Positions 29,272 to 38,198 of a stretch of 64,000 nt of DNA are shown here, in pieces; position 1 is the stretch's first letter, and each line of letters begins with the position of its first letter. The DNA lies in assembly GCA_963817525.1 (NCBI GenBank), contig CAWFOU010000001.1, forward strand, positions 160,001 to 224,000, in the 5' to 3' direction. The notes beneath the pieces were generated by a model. The model made no database searches and was not told the origin of the DNA. It worked only from the letters and a program-made list of their open reading frames with translations. Both the position numbers and the translations under genes were made by a program. The DNA comes from an uncultured archaeon. Its GTDB lineage: Archaea > Thermoproteota > Nitrososphaeria > Nitrososphaerales > Gagatemarchaeaceae.

Positions 29272-30363
29272 ATGGGAAGCACGACTCGCATAGGCGCCGC
29301 GGCCCAGCTCTTCTTGCTCGCGGCCCTCGTCCTCTCCTCAGCCCCCTCGGCCCACGCGCAGGCCCAGGCGGCGGTCGCGACCATCGCGGTGGGAAAGGGG
29401 CCTGCGGGCGTGGCCTATGACTCCGGCAGGGGCGAGGTCTTCGTCACGGACCTTCTCAACAAGAGCGTCTCGGTCATCTCGGACGCGACGAACAAGGTCG
29501 TCGCCACTGTGGGGGTGGGACGCGACCCCGCCGAGGCGGCCTACGACCCAGCGAGGGGACGGGTGTTCGTCACGAACGCCCTGGACAACACCACCTCCAT
29601 CATCTCCGACTCCAACGACTCCGTGGTCGCGACATTGAAAGTGGGTCTCGGGCCGACGGGCCTCGCGTACGACTCTGGCAAGGGGGAGGTCTTCGTCGCC
29701 AACTATCTAGGCGGCACGGTCTCGGTGATCTCGGACGCCTCGGACTCCGTGGTCGCCACCGTGACCGTCGGACACGACCCCTACGCCCCCGCCTACGACG
29801 CTGCGAAGGACGAGGTCTTCGTGACCAACGCCCTAGACAACACCACCTCCGTGATCTCGGACGCGACCGACAAGGTCGTGGCGACCCTGGGGGTCGGAGC
29901 AGGGCCGACCGGGGCAGCATATGACGCGGCCAAGGGCGAGGTCTTCGTGGCAGACTTTCTGGGCGGGGCCGTCTCGGTGATCTCCGACTCCAACGAATCC
30001 GTGGTCGCGACCGTCGACGTCGGGACCCATCCCACCGGCGTTGCCTACGACCCGGCCGACGGCGAGGTCTTCGTGACCAACGCGGGAAACGGCACGCTCT
30101 CGGTGATCTCTGACGCTACTGACGCCGTCGTCGCCACGGTGAACGTAGGAAACGGCCCGTCCGGGTTGGACTACGACTCTGGCAAGGGCGAGGTCTTCGC
30201 GGCCAACAACGGCGACGACACTGTGTCAGTGGTCTCCCCGTCCTTCGCCTCCACCACCTCTTCGACGGTCCCGGAGTTTCCGGGCGCGGCCCTGGCGGGC
30301 GTCGCACTGGTCGTCATGGCCTCGGTCGCGGTCGTCTCGAGGATGCTCAACAAGAAGAGGTGA
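29272..30363 (+). CDS. YVTN/YncE seven-bladed beta-propeller surface protein with PEF-CTERM
   Basis: Seven ~42-aa repeats AYD...GEVFV(T/A)N...VSVISD; VPEFP + TM + KKR. Confidence 0.88.
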   Translation: MGSTTRIGAAAQLFLLAALVLSSAPSAHAQAQAAVATIAVGKGPAGVAYDSGRGEVFVTDLLNKSVSVISDATNKVVATVGVGRDPAEAAYDPARGRVFVTNALDNTTSIISDSNDSVVATLKVGLGPTGLAYDSGKGEVFVANYLGGTVSVISDASDSVVATVTVGHDPYAPAYDAAKDEVFVTNALDNTTSVISDATDKVVATLGVGAGPTGAAYDAAKGEVFVADFLGGAVSVISDSNESVVATVDVGTHPTGVAYDPADGEVFVTNAGNGTLSVISDATDAVVATVNVGNGPSGLDYDSGKGEVFAANNGDDTVSVVSPSFASTTSSTVPEFPGAALAGVALVVMASVAVVSRMLNKKR

Positions 30364-30436
30364 CCTGCGCCCTCGTCTGACTATAGTCTAGCCCTCCCAA
30401 TCCTTTTATACGCAACTCCGTGCACGACGCTGAAGA

Positions 30437-30865
30437 ATGCCCAGAGGAGAGTTCGCGGCTCGACAGATCAGCCAGCACAGGCAGAAACTCCGCTGGAGCA
30501 ACAAGTACTACAAGAGGAAGATCCTAGGCCTCGACGTAAAGGCTGACCCGTTCGAAGGCTCCCCACAGGCACGCGGCATCGTGCTGGAAAAGGTGGGTAT
30601 AGAGTCGAAGCAGCCCAACTCGGCAATCAGGAAGTGCGTCCGCGTCCAGATCGTCAAGAACGGCAAGCAGGTCACCGCGTTCCTTCCCGGAGACGGGGCG
30701 CTCAACTTCGTTGACGAGCACGACGAGGTCACCCTCGAGGGGATAGGGGGCTCGATGGGGCGCGCCATGGGCGACATCCCAGGAGTCCGATGGCAGGTGT
30801 CGAAGGTCAACGGCGTGTCGCTCAACGAGATGGTCTACGGAAGGAAGGAAAAGCCCAGGAGATAG
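30437..30865 (+). CDS. rps12: 30S ribosomal protein S12 (uS12)
   Basis: [17 protein letters not shown] motifs. Confidence 0.98.
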   Translation: MPRGEFAARQISQHRQKLRWSNKYYKRKILGLDVKADPFEGSPQARGIVLEKVGIESKQPNSAIRKCVRVQIVKNGKQVTAFLPGDGALNFVDEHDEVTLEGIGGSMGRAMGDIPGVRWQVSKVNGVSLNEMVYGRKEKPRR

Positions 30866-30871
30866 ACCGGC

Positions 30872-31480
30872 ATGAGCACCAAGCTAGAATACCCGAACCT
30901 CCTGCTCTGGAACAAGTGGGACATGACCCACGTCAAGGTCGTGGACCAGGGCCTCGCCAACGTCATCGACCTCAGGCCCATGCTCCTCCCCCACTCCGGA
31001 GGCAGGCACGAGCACCAGAAGTTCTCGAAGACGAAGGTAAACGTCGTCGAGCGGCTCGCCAACCAGCTGATGCACTTCGGCAAGAAGCACGCCAAGAACA
31101 CGGGGAGAATGGGAGGCAAGAAGCAAAAGGCGATGAGCATCGTCCGGACGGCTTTCGAGATAATAGAGATCAAGACGGGACAGAACCCGGTCCAACTGCT
31201 CGTCAAGGCGATCGAGAACTCTTCCCCGAACGAGGACACCACGAGGATGAGCTACGGAGGCGTCGTCTACCACATCTCGGTGGACATCTCGCCGACGCGG
31301 CGGATGGACCTCGCCCTGAGGTCGATATCCGAGGGTGTGAGGGAGGCGACCTTCAAGACCAACCGCTCCGTCGAGGAGGTCCTTGCGGACGAGATCATCG
31401 CGGCCGCGAGCGGCGACTCGAACAGCTTCGCAGTGAAGCGCAAGAACGAGCAAGAAAGAATCGCGATGGCGTCCAGGTAA
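30872..31480 (+). CDS. rps7: 30S ribosomal protein S7 (uS7)
   Basis: PHSGGRH, NPVQLLVKAIENS, ERIAMASR motifs. Confidence 0.98.
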   Translation: MSTKLEYPNLLLWNKWDMTHVKVVDQGLANVIDLRPMLLPHSGGRHEHQKFSKTKVNVVERLANQLMHFGKKHAKNTGRMGGKKQKAMSIVRTAFEIIEIKTGQNPVQLLVKAIENSSPNEDTTRMSYGGVVYHISVDISPTRRMDLALRSISEGVREATFKTNRSVEEVLADEIIAAASGDSNSFAVKRKNEQERIAMASR

Positions 31481-31508
31481 GCCTAGGGCATCTTCTCGCT
31501 GCTTTTCT

Positions 31509-32234
31509 CTAGGACTCTTCGACGTCCCGCTTCATGGCCATCCCCCTGAGCTCCCGCTCCAGCTCCGGCGGCTCTGCCGTCGCTGACGCGGGGGACGCGA
31601 GGAACGAGCGGAACAGCTTCAGTATCTCGTCCCTCCTCGACCAGAGCAGCCTGTGGGCGATGGTAAAGTCGTGCTTCGGGTCCTTCGCGACCGGAGGCAG
31701 CACCTCGAGCCTCGACGTCCGTATCGCGTCCCTGAGCAGGTACCCTGCCTTGAGCTGGGTGACTAGGTCGTCCTCCGCCCAGACCACGAGGCTCGGCCTC
31801 CTGACCTTGGAGAGCTTGGGCAGCTGCGCCTTGTCATAGGTGCTGGCCACGAGGATCAGACTGTCAACAATCTCAGGCCAGTCGATGGCGACCTCGAGCG
31901 CCACCTGCCCTCCCCACGAGTAGCCGGCCAGCGCGGCCTTTTGCACCTTCATGACCTCGAGGAGCTCGTGCACCACCCTGGCCTGCGCCCTATAGTCCGG
32001 GGTCTCGCTGGGGTGCGAAGACTTGCCGTAGCCGACCATGTCCGGAATTATCACCCTGTACGAGTCAGCCAGGCTCAGGAAGCCCTCCCAGTCCCTCCAG
32101 CTCGGGCGCTTCTCCTCCCCGTGCAGCATCACTATCGCCGGTCCCGTCCCCACCGACGCCACGTTCACCTTGTACTCGCCGACTTCGACGGTCTTCTCCT
32201 CGACGCTGATTGCGACTCCCTTCCCCGCGCTCAT
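31509..32234 (-). CDS. Alpha/beta fold hydrolase
   Basis: MLHG, PDMVGYGKS, GYSWGG motifs. Confidence 0.85.
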   Translation of the reverse strand: MSAGKGVAISVEEKTVEVGEYKVNVASVGTGPAIVMLHGEEKRPSWRDWEGFLSLADSYRVIIPDMVGYGKSSHPSETPDYRAQARVVHELLEVMKVQKAALAGYSWGGQVALEVAIDWPEIVDSLILVASTYDKAQLPKLSKVRRPSLVVWAEDDLVTQLKAGYLLRDAIRTSRLEVLPPVAKDPKHDFTIAHRLLWSRRDEILKLFRSFLASPASATAEPPELERELRGMAMKRDVEES

Positions 32235-32355
32235 CGTTCCGACTCTGATTTTCCCTATGCTTTATTCGCTTCGACCGTGAAAACGCCGCGAATCCCGCCC
32301 GAAAATTTGAGTTTCACACCGTTAATATACACCCGAACCGCGCTTTTGGGACATA

Positions 32356-32523
32356 ATGCCCCAGGAGCCCATGAGTTTCTTCGGCTGGCTCATGACCTGC
32401 TGCGTGAGCGACGAGCGCAGCCAGGCGTCCAAGGACCTTGCATCGGCGGCGGTCGTCGTAGCGTCCGGGATGGCGGCAAGCGCGCTGACCCTCTACTTCG
32501 CCGGGCTCTATCACCTGATCTAG
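32356..32523 (+). CDS. 55-aa membrane microprotein (not in ORF track)
   Basis: MPQEPMSFFGWLMTCCVSDERSQASKDLASAAVVVASGMAASALTLYFAGLYHLI; TTAATATA about 30 nt upstream. Confidence 0.5.
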   Translation: MPQEPMSFFGWLMTCCVSDERSQASKDLASAAVVVASGMAASALTLYFAGLYHLI

Positions 32524-32627
32524 TCGCCGGACGGCTTTCGTCTACGGAATTCGACCTCTGTGTCGAGAAATACTATTCTCCCCCCATTTACCGATTCTCC
32601 GGCCCATCGTCTTCAGGTAATCGAATA

Positions 32628-32834
32628 ATGGGTCGAAAACTCGTACTGTTCGGATTCTGGTTGGTCGGATACGCTCTGGGCTTCTTCGCCTGGCTCGTGA
32701 GAGCGCCGGTCGTCACATGGGTCATGACCCTCGGGATCAGCTCTGATGTCGCTGGAGCAATGATCACGGGGCTCGCAAGCTCCATCGTGATGCTGGTCGG
32801 CGTGATGCTCTGGAGCTTCCTGTCTAAGCAGTAG
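32628..32834 (+). CDS. 68-aa two-TM membrane protein
   Basis: ATG at 32628; two hydrophobic helices. Confidence 0.6.
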   Translation: MGRKLVLFGFWLVGYALGFFAWLVRAPVVTWVMTLGISSDVAGAMITGLASSIVMLVGVMLWSFLSKQ

Positions 32835-33657
32835 TCCCGCCTTCTCCTCCAGGAGAGGCCGGGCTGCCCGCCCCATCTTTTTCACCCTGGGGCTGCGGCT
32901 GCCCTTGGTCCCCCACGAACTTTGGGGCCTCGCCTCTCTGGGCTAGCTCCTCTGCCTCCCGCTCTTCCAGGGCGGGGGCCTCCCTCCTCGCCTTCCTCCA
33001 GAACCTGAACTCGAGTGCGAACACCACAACGAACGGTATCCACGTGAGGAGGGCCAGCGCCTGGGTCTGCACCGGCCCCTGCTCGAACTGTATCTCGGTC
33101 ACCTCGAAGGTCGCTGCGACGATGAGGACACCGGCGATGAGGATGATGTTCACGAGAAGGAACCGGATCTCCCTCACGAACCTGCCCCAGCCCTTCCTAA
33201 AGCCGAGGAAGATGTAATACAGGAGGTAGACGCTCTCCGCCGCGGCGATGGCGTAGGCGGGTAGCTCCAGCCATGTGCTCGGGAGGAAGAAGAGGTTCCC
33301 CAGCGCGACGCCCACGGGCACGTCCTTCACGATGGCTATCACCTCTACTATGCGGGCGGTCTCGTAGAGCGAGAGGCCGAAGACGCCCAGACCGAAGAGC
33401 GGCACGAGCTCTACGCTCGCCACCCTGAAGTTGTTCGTGAATATGCTCGCCACCTGGCCGGCCGCCGACTGGTTCAGCACGGCCGAGGTGGTGTTGTACT
33501 GCCTCTCGTACGTCCCCAGCTCGGAGGGCAAGAAGCTCGAGTTGGAGACCAAGACTATCACGGCTATCTCGAGCGCGAAGAGCATTGCGATCAGCATCCA
33601 CCGCCTTCCGACTATGATCTTCAGCGTGTCGAGCATCGAGGTCAAGTCTGAGTCCAC
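32824..33657 (-). CDS. Stage II sporulation protein M (SpoIIM)-like membrane protein
   Basis: IFTNNFRV, PSTWLELPAY, AATFE motifs. Confidence 0.75.
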   Translation of the reverse strand: MDSDLTSMLDTLKIIVGRRWMLIAMLFALEIAVIVLVSNSSFLPSELGTYERQYNTTSAVLNQSAAGQVASIFTNNFRVASVELVPLFGLGVFGLSLYETARIVEVIAIVKDVPVGVALGNLFFLPSTWLELPAYAIAAAESVYLLYYIFLGFRKGWGRFVREIRFLLVNIILIAGVLIVAATFEVTEIQFEQGPVQTQALALLTWIPFVVVFALEFRFWRKARREAPALEEREAEELAQRGEAPKFVGDQGQPQPQGEKDGAGSPASPGGEGGTTA

Positions 33658-33988
33658 CCCCTCGAGGCCGGGAGACCGAGGCGCCCGCGCGGCCGATTGA
33701 AAAGACGAGAAGCGCAGGTCTGGTTGGGATGCAAGGTCACACGCCCGAAGGTGCTCGCCCGAGGCCTTTGGTATAAGTTTACGCTAGAGGCCGTCTTCGC
33801 CCACCGCAGAGGCGCGAGTGAATTGGGTGGGAAAAGCCCCCCAAAGAGCCGGAAAGGATTGTTTCCCCCGCCAAATAGCCGTCCAAGGGAGAGTTTCACC
33901 CTTCTTTGGTTTTCAAACACTGTTTCCGGTAGATAAACCTTAAATAATAACTCGAGCGGGTCTTTTCGCATACCGGAGTTAATGAGCA

Positions 33989-35313
33989 ATGGCAGACAAA
34001 CCACACCTAAACCTGATAGTCACAGGTCACGTAGACCACGGAAAGAGCACCAGCATGGGTCACTTCCTCTTTGACCTAGGAGCGGTAGACGACAGGACCA
34101 TCCAGGAGTATGCGAAGGAGTCAGAGAAGACAGGAGCAGGCGACTCGTTCAAGTACGCTTGGGTCCTCGACCAGCTCAAGGACGAGAGGGAGAGAGGAGT
34201 CACGATAGACCTCGCGTTCCAAAAGTTCGAGACGCCGAGGTTCTTCTACACTCTGATCGACGCGCCAGGGCACCGCGACTTCATCAAGAACATGATCACG
34301 GGCGCCTCCGAGGCGGACGCCGCGGTACTGGTCGTCTCGGCCAAGACGGGCGAGAGGGAGACCGCTCTGGGGCCGGGGGACAGGCCAGAGAGCACGCGTT
34401 CCTCCTGAAGACCCTCGGCGTCAACCAACTGGTCGTCTGCATCAACAAGATGGACGACCAGACGGTGAAATATTCCGAGAAGATGTACAACGACGCCAAG
34501 CAGGACGTCGAGAACCTGCTAAAGGCCTCGGGATACAACGTCTCCAAGATCCGCTTCATCCCTACCTCTGGGTGGACTGGCGAGAACCTAGCCAAGCCGA
34601 GCACCAACATGCCCTGGTACAAGGGGCCGATCCTCCTCCAGGCGCTCGACGAGTTCACGGAGCCTCCAAAGCCGATCGAAAAGCCTCTCCGCGTCCCGAT
34701 CCAGGACGTCTACACCATCACGGGCGTGGGCACGGTCCCGGTGGGAAGGGTAGAGACCGGCCACATGAAGGTCGGCGACCCGGTCATAATCATGCCAGAG
34801 GGCCTCCCGGCGGAGATAAAGTCCATCGAGACCCACCACACCGCTATGCAAGAGGCGTTCGCGGGCGACAACATAGGGTTCAACCTGAGGGGCGTCTCCA
34901 AGACCGACTTCCACAGGGGCTCGGTCCTAGGGCCTCCGTCAAGCCCACCGACGATCGCCAAGGAGTTCCTCGCGCAGATCATCGTGGTCTTCCACCCGAC
35001 GGCCATCGCGGCGGGGTACACACCGGTGCTCCACGCGCACACCGCTCAGGTCGCGGCGACAATCACCGAGATAGTCGCGAAGATCGACCCGAGGACCGGT
35101 CAGGCGACGGAGGAGAAGCCCAAGACGATAAAGACAGGCGACTCTGCGATCGTGAAGATCACGCCGCTGAGGCCGCTCGTGCTCGAGACCTTCAAGGAAT
35201 TTCCTGAGCTCGGAAGATTTGCTTTGCGTGATATGGGTTCGACAGTTGCCGCAGGAATCGTTCGTGAAGTGACGGTCAAGGGCCAAGTAGAGAAGGCAGT
35301 CGCGAAGCAGTAG
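33989..35313 (+). CDS. tuf: Translation elongation factor EF-1alpha (1-nt frameshift in G-run 34375-34379, probably a sequencing error)
   Basis: [20 protein letters not shown] motifs; adding one G restores ...LGPGGQAREH... Confidence 0.95.
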
Positions 35314-35319
35314 ACCGCC
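35253..35319 (+). repeat. Left direct repeat (functional tuf 3' end)
   Basis: 60/67 identical to 37396-37462. Confidence 0.9.
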
Positions 35320-35403
35320 GTTCTCTCCCACATTTCTCCGCTATTTTTCCAGTCCTAGCGGAGCTTATGTTTGATTTCATGACCAAGAAAAAAAGGGGAG
35401 TGG

Positions 35404-36762
35404 CTAGTGTTGCTTGTTTCGCATCAGGAGCTCGTATCTGTAGCCTTGAACGAGTTCGTTGAAGATGGGCAGTTCTGCGGCTTCTTTTGCTCTAACTGAG
35501 GTTCGAAGCGGCTGTCCGTACTCGATTCGCGTGTAAGCACTGGGTAGACCTAGGGTGTGCAAAAGCCGTTCGAAGAATTCAGCATTCGGCACGCTGACGA
35601 TTTCCACGACGTAGCTTTTCACCCTACCATCAGAGTCTGCCAATGCCTGAACGAAGCGTTTCCGGAAGTCGAACGGGGCGTCGAGAATCCAATCCATTCG
35701 TACGGGATTGTCGCTTGTGAGCTGAGTCCAATCTAGACCAAGACACACCGAAAACATCCATGCGAAGAGAGGAGATCTCTCTGACGTCCAACGGTAGGCA
35801 GCAGTAGGATTGTCGCTGAGTTTAGTATCACCTGTGGGTGGTTTGTCACGGACGCTTTTCATCTGGATGCCGAGGCTGTTGGTTGCTAGGCAAACAAATT
35901 TCCCAAACCTGTCGTTGCTGGAATGCTTCTTGCTGAGTTGTAGATCCAAGAGCATCGAAGAGAACCGATTTTGTTGCCCCCCAGATTTACCCAAGTCTCC
36001 GACCATCCTACCTAGAAGGTAGGCGAAAAGCTCGAGTTTCATCGAGTTTACTTGCGACTCATCGAGTGCAAACGCTTTGCCTAGTTCGTAGGCCTGCGGG
36101 AGAGGAGTGAGCCTGGTTACGGTCTTCTGGATGTCGCTGAAATCGCGTATTTGGATGGGAATCTGAATCCAACCTGTTTGGGTGTTGCCGCCTGAATCCA
36201 AGTGTAAGGCAAGTAATTTCTCGTGCGAAGTCGTGGGGTTTGAGAGTGCCGCATGTGCTGTCGCCACTAGGTATGGTCGGTCTGTGAACTCTCTCCATTG
36301 CTTTACCGTGGTTCTGTGGACTTGAAGCTGGCCTGCGATTTCTAGTACTCCCGTTCCTTGCTTGTGGAAGTCGATGAACCTGCAGAACTTTCTGAGCTGT
36401 TCGATACCTGATTCTGTCACAGTCAATCCCCAGACGCGTTCGTCTATGAATTTCAGGACATGGTCTGGTCCGTGGCTTAGAATCTCGGCTAGTTCGTTCG
36501 GAATCTTGAGAGGCAGTTGCTCCACCCTGTGCCTGCCTTGGTAGATCTCGACGCCTAGTCTGTGAAGCCGCTGGCTCACAAGCTTGGGATCGACCTGATC
36601 TGCCGCCGCGATCTCCAGGATTGGGCGACCACCTTCGAAGGATTCCTTCCATCGCTTTGCATCTTCCTCGCTCCAGCGCCTGTACCTGCGTCTCCCTGTG
36701 TCCCGTAAGTGAGGCCTACAGTCCACAGCACTGGCTTTCTTCCCGTCAGTGCCCGCCGGCAT
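35404..36762 (-). CDS. Free-standing double-motif LAGLIDADG endonuclease with two N-terminal HTH-like segments
   Basis: FAYLLGRMVGD and FVQALADSDG motifs; ILEIAAADQVDPKLVSQRL and VLEIAGQLQVHRTTVKQW; no intein splice motifs. Confidence 0.75.
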   Translation of the reverse strand: MPAGTDGKKASAVDCRPHLRDTGRRRYRRWSEEDAKRWKESFEGGRPILEIAAADQVDPKLVSQRLHRLGVEIYQGRHRVEQLPLKIPNELAEILSHGPDHVLKFIDERVWGLTVTESGIEQLRKFCRFIDFHKQGTGVLEIAGQLQVHRTTVKQWREFTDRPYLVATAHAALSNPTTSHEKLLALHLDSGGNTQTGWIQIPIQIRDFSDIQKTVTRLTPLPQAYELGKAFALDESQVNSMKLELFAYLLGRMVGDLGKSGGQQNRFSSMLLDLQLSKKHSSNDRFGKFVCLATNSLGIQMKSVRDKPPTGDTKLSDNPTAAYRWTSERSPLFAWMFSVCLGLDWTQLTSDNPVRMDWILDAPFDFRKRFVQALADSDGRVKSYVVEIVSVPNAEFFERLLHTLGLPSAYTRIEYGQPLRTSVRAKEAAELPIFNELVQGYRYELLMRNKQH

Positions 36763-36991
36763 TTGTCTCTCACTCTGAGTTCGTATTTCAGGGCCTATGT
36801 GGCTCCTGGGTTGTCTCCGTGGGGGTCGCGCGAGATGTTTCCTCCTACACCATTCTAGCCCTTCCTCCTCATCGGGTGCATGCGGTCGCGTTCCCAGCTT
36901 TGTCGCGCTCAGCCGCGGGCCGCCACCTCGCTGACTTCAATCACATCTGACTTTTGAACTCAGGTGTTTGTGCGCTCCGCTGGGGCTGGAT

Positions 36992-37339
36992 TCATTCGTC
37001 TTCGCTTTCTTCCTCGAACTCAATCTCCAGCTCCTCCAAGGTCACTTCGTCTCCAGAGATGCCCAAGTCAGCTAGTTCCTTCTCCGCTTGCTCCAGTGGG
37101 ATGGGTTTGGAAAACCAGAGGTCATAGAGGCCTCCTGAGCCCTCCCACCCACTCTTGACGAGCTTCCGAATAATCTTAGCGTCCCGACACAACCTCGTCT
37201 GAAGTTCCTCGCCCTTGCGCTCTATCTCACCTGCCATCTCTTCTGTCACATCGACACCCTCGATGTCAAGCTCCCAGTCCGGCTTCCCGAACAGCCAGAC
37301 TGTGACTTGGGTCTCCCTGCTACTTTCTACGACGCTCAT
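36992..37339 (-). CDS. Acidic hypothetical protein (cargo of the insert)
   Basis: 115-aa Glu-rich ORF with ATG start and upstream TTAAAA. Confidence 0.6.
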   Translation of the reverse strand: MSVVESSRETQVTVWLFGKPDWELDIEGVDVTEEMAGEIERKGEELQTRLCRDAKIIRKLVKSGWEGSGGLYDLWFSKPIPLEQAEKELADLGISGDEVTLEELEIEFEEESEDE

Positions 37340-37395
37340 GCTCTAAAATTGCGGCCTTGCTTTTAATCGCCCACCCCTAGGTCACGAGTCGCGGG

Positions 37396-37462
37396 AGGAA
37401 TCGTCCGCGAAGTGACGGTCAAGGGCCAAGTCGAGAAGGCAGTCGCAAACCAGCAGACTGCC
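37396..37462 (+). repeat. Right direct repeat (displaced, decaying tuf 3' end)
   Basis: Encodes [17 protein letters not shown]; stop codon changed TAG->CAG. Confidence 0.9.
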
Positions 37463-37557
37463 CGCTCTGAACTTTTCACCCCCTCTGGGGCATTGCCGCC
37501 TCGCTGCGTAGGGCGAAGACGTATTACTCAGCCCTGTCCGTGGTCGCTTGATCTGCC

Positions 37558-37857
37558 TTGGCCGCCTCGCCTGCGCTCGTCTACGACGGGTTCGAGTTCA
37601 AGGAAAAGGAGACCCTGAAGCGATACGTCTCTCTCAAGCGGCGGCTGGGAATCTCAACGTTCATCAGCCTGGTCACGCTCGCCCCCGCATTGATCTTGCT
37701 CTTTCTCTCCTACGTCGAGCCCAAGACCACCTCTCCGTATCTCTATCTTGTGTTCCTCGCGGTCTCGATACCCTTCTCGGCGCTGAGCTTCATGTCCAAC
37801 TCCAAGATCACCGAGATAATCAACTCGAACGACGTAAGGCACGTGGGCTTTTCCTGA
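37558..37857 (+). CDS. Small two-TM membrane protein
   Basis: 99-aa ORF with two hydrophobic segments. Confidence 0.55.
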   Translation: MAASPALVYDGFEFKEKETLKRYVSLKRRLGISTFISLVTLAPALILLFLSYVEPKTTSPYLYLVFLAVSIPFSALSFMSNSKITEIINSNDVRHVGFS

Positions 37858-37894
37858 GAAGGTAGGCGCCCCGTGGCGCAAGTGGCGGGAGACC

Positions 37895-38074
37895 CTAGGG
37901 GCCTTCGAACCCGCAGTTGACGCACTTGTACTTGCGGGAGAACTTTCTGCAGAGCTCGTCTCGCCAGATGAGGACCTGGTGGCAGTTCGGACAGTTGAAC
38001 CTGACCGCCTTTGTGCCAGGGAGGATCGGCCGGTTGCAGGAGGTGCAGTGCGAGAGAGAGAATCCTTCTGGCAT
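37895..38074 (-). CDS. Archaeal zinc-finger microprotein, DUF1610/HVO_2753 family (not in ORF track)
   Basis: MPEGFSLSHCTSCNRPILPGTKAVRFNCPNCHQVLIWRDELCRKFSRKYKCVNCGFEGP. Confidence 0.9.
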   Translation of the reverse strand: MPEGFSLSHCTSCNRPILPGTKAVRFNCPNCHQVLIWRDELCRKFSRKYKCVNCGFEGP

Positions 38075-38198
38075 CTTGTCAGACAGGCCGATTTTGCGCG
38101 ATTTATTAACCTAGAGCCTCGGCCGGTCACCCTTCAGACGCGGAGGCGCCGCCGCGCTTCACAAACCTTTAATTCCTTAGGACGGACTTCCGGCTCGA

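Larger units (their letters stand above)
35197..37462. mobile_element. ~2.2-kb endonuclease-encoding insert at the tuf 3' end
   Basis: Lower G+C, duplicated tuf tail, free-standing LAGLIDADG gene; left boundary estimated from the codon-usage shift. Confidence 0.7.

Noticed and set aside
33700-33940. Structured ncRNA upstream of tuf
   Set aside because: Some short G/C-run complementarity, but no recognisable RNA family or convincing stem set; the small ORFs there lack coding features.
34370-34385. Programmed frameshift or pseudogenisation of EF-1alpha
   Set aside because: One G missing from a G homopolymer in an essential gene. Other small indels near 4226 and 44146 point to assembly error; read pile-ups would settle it.
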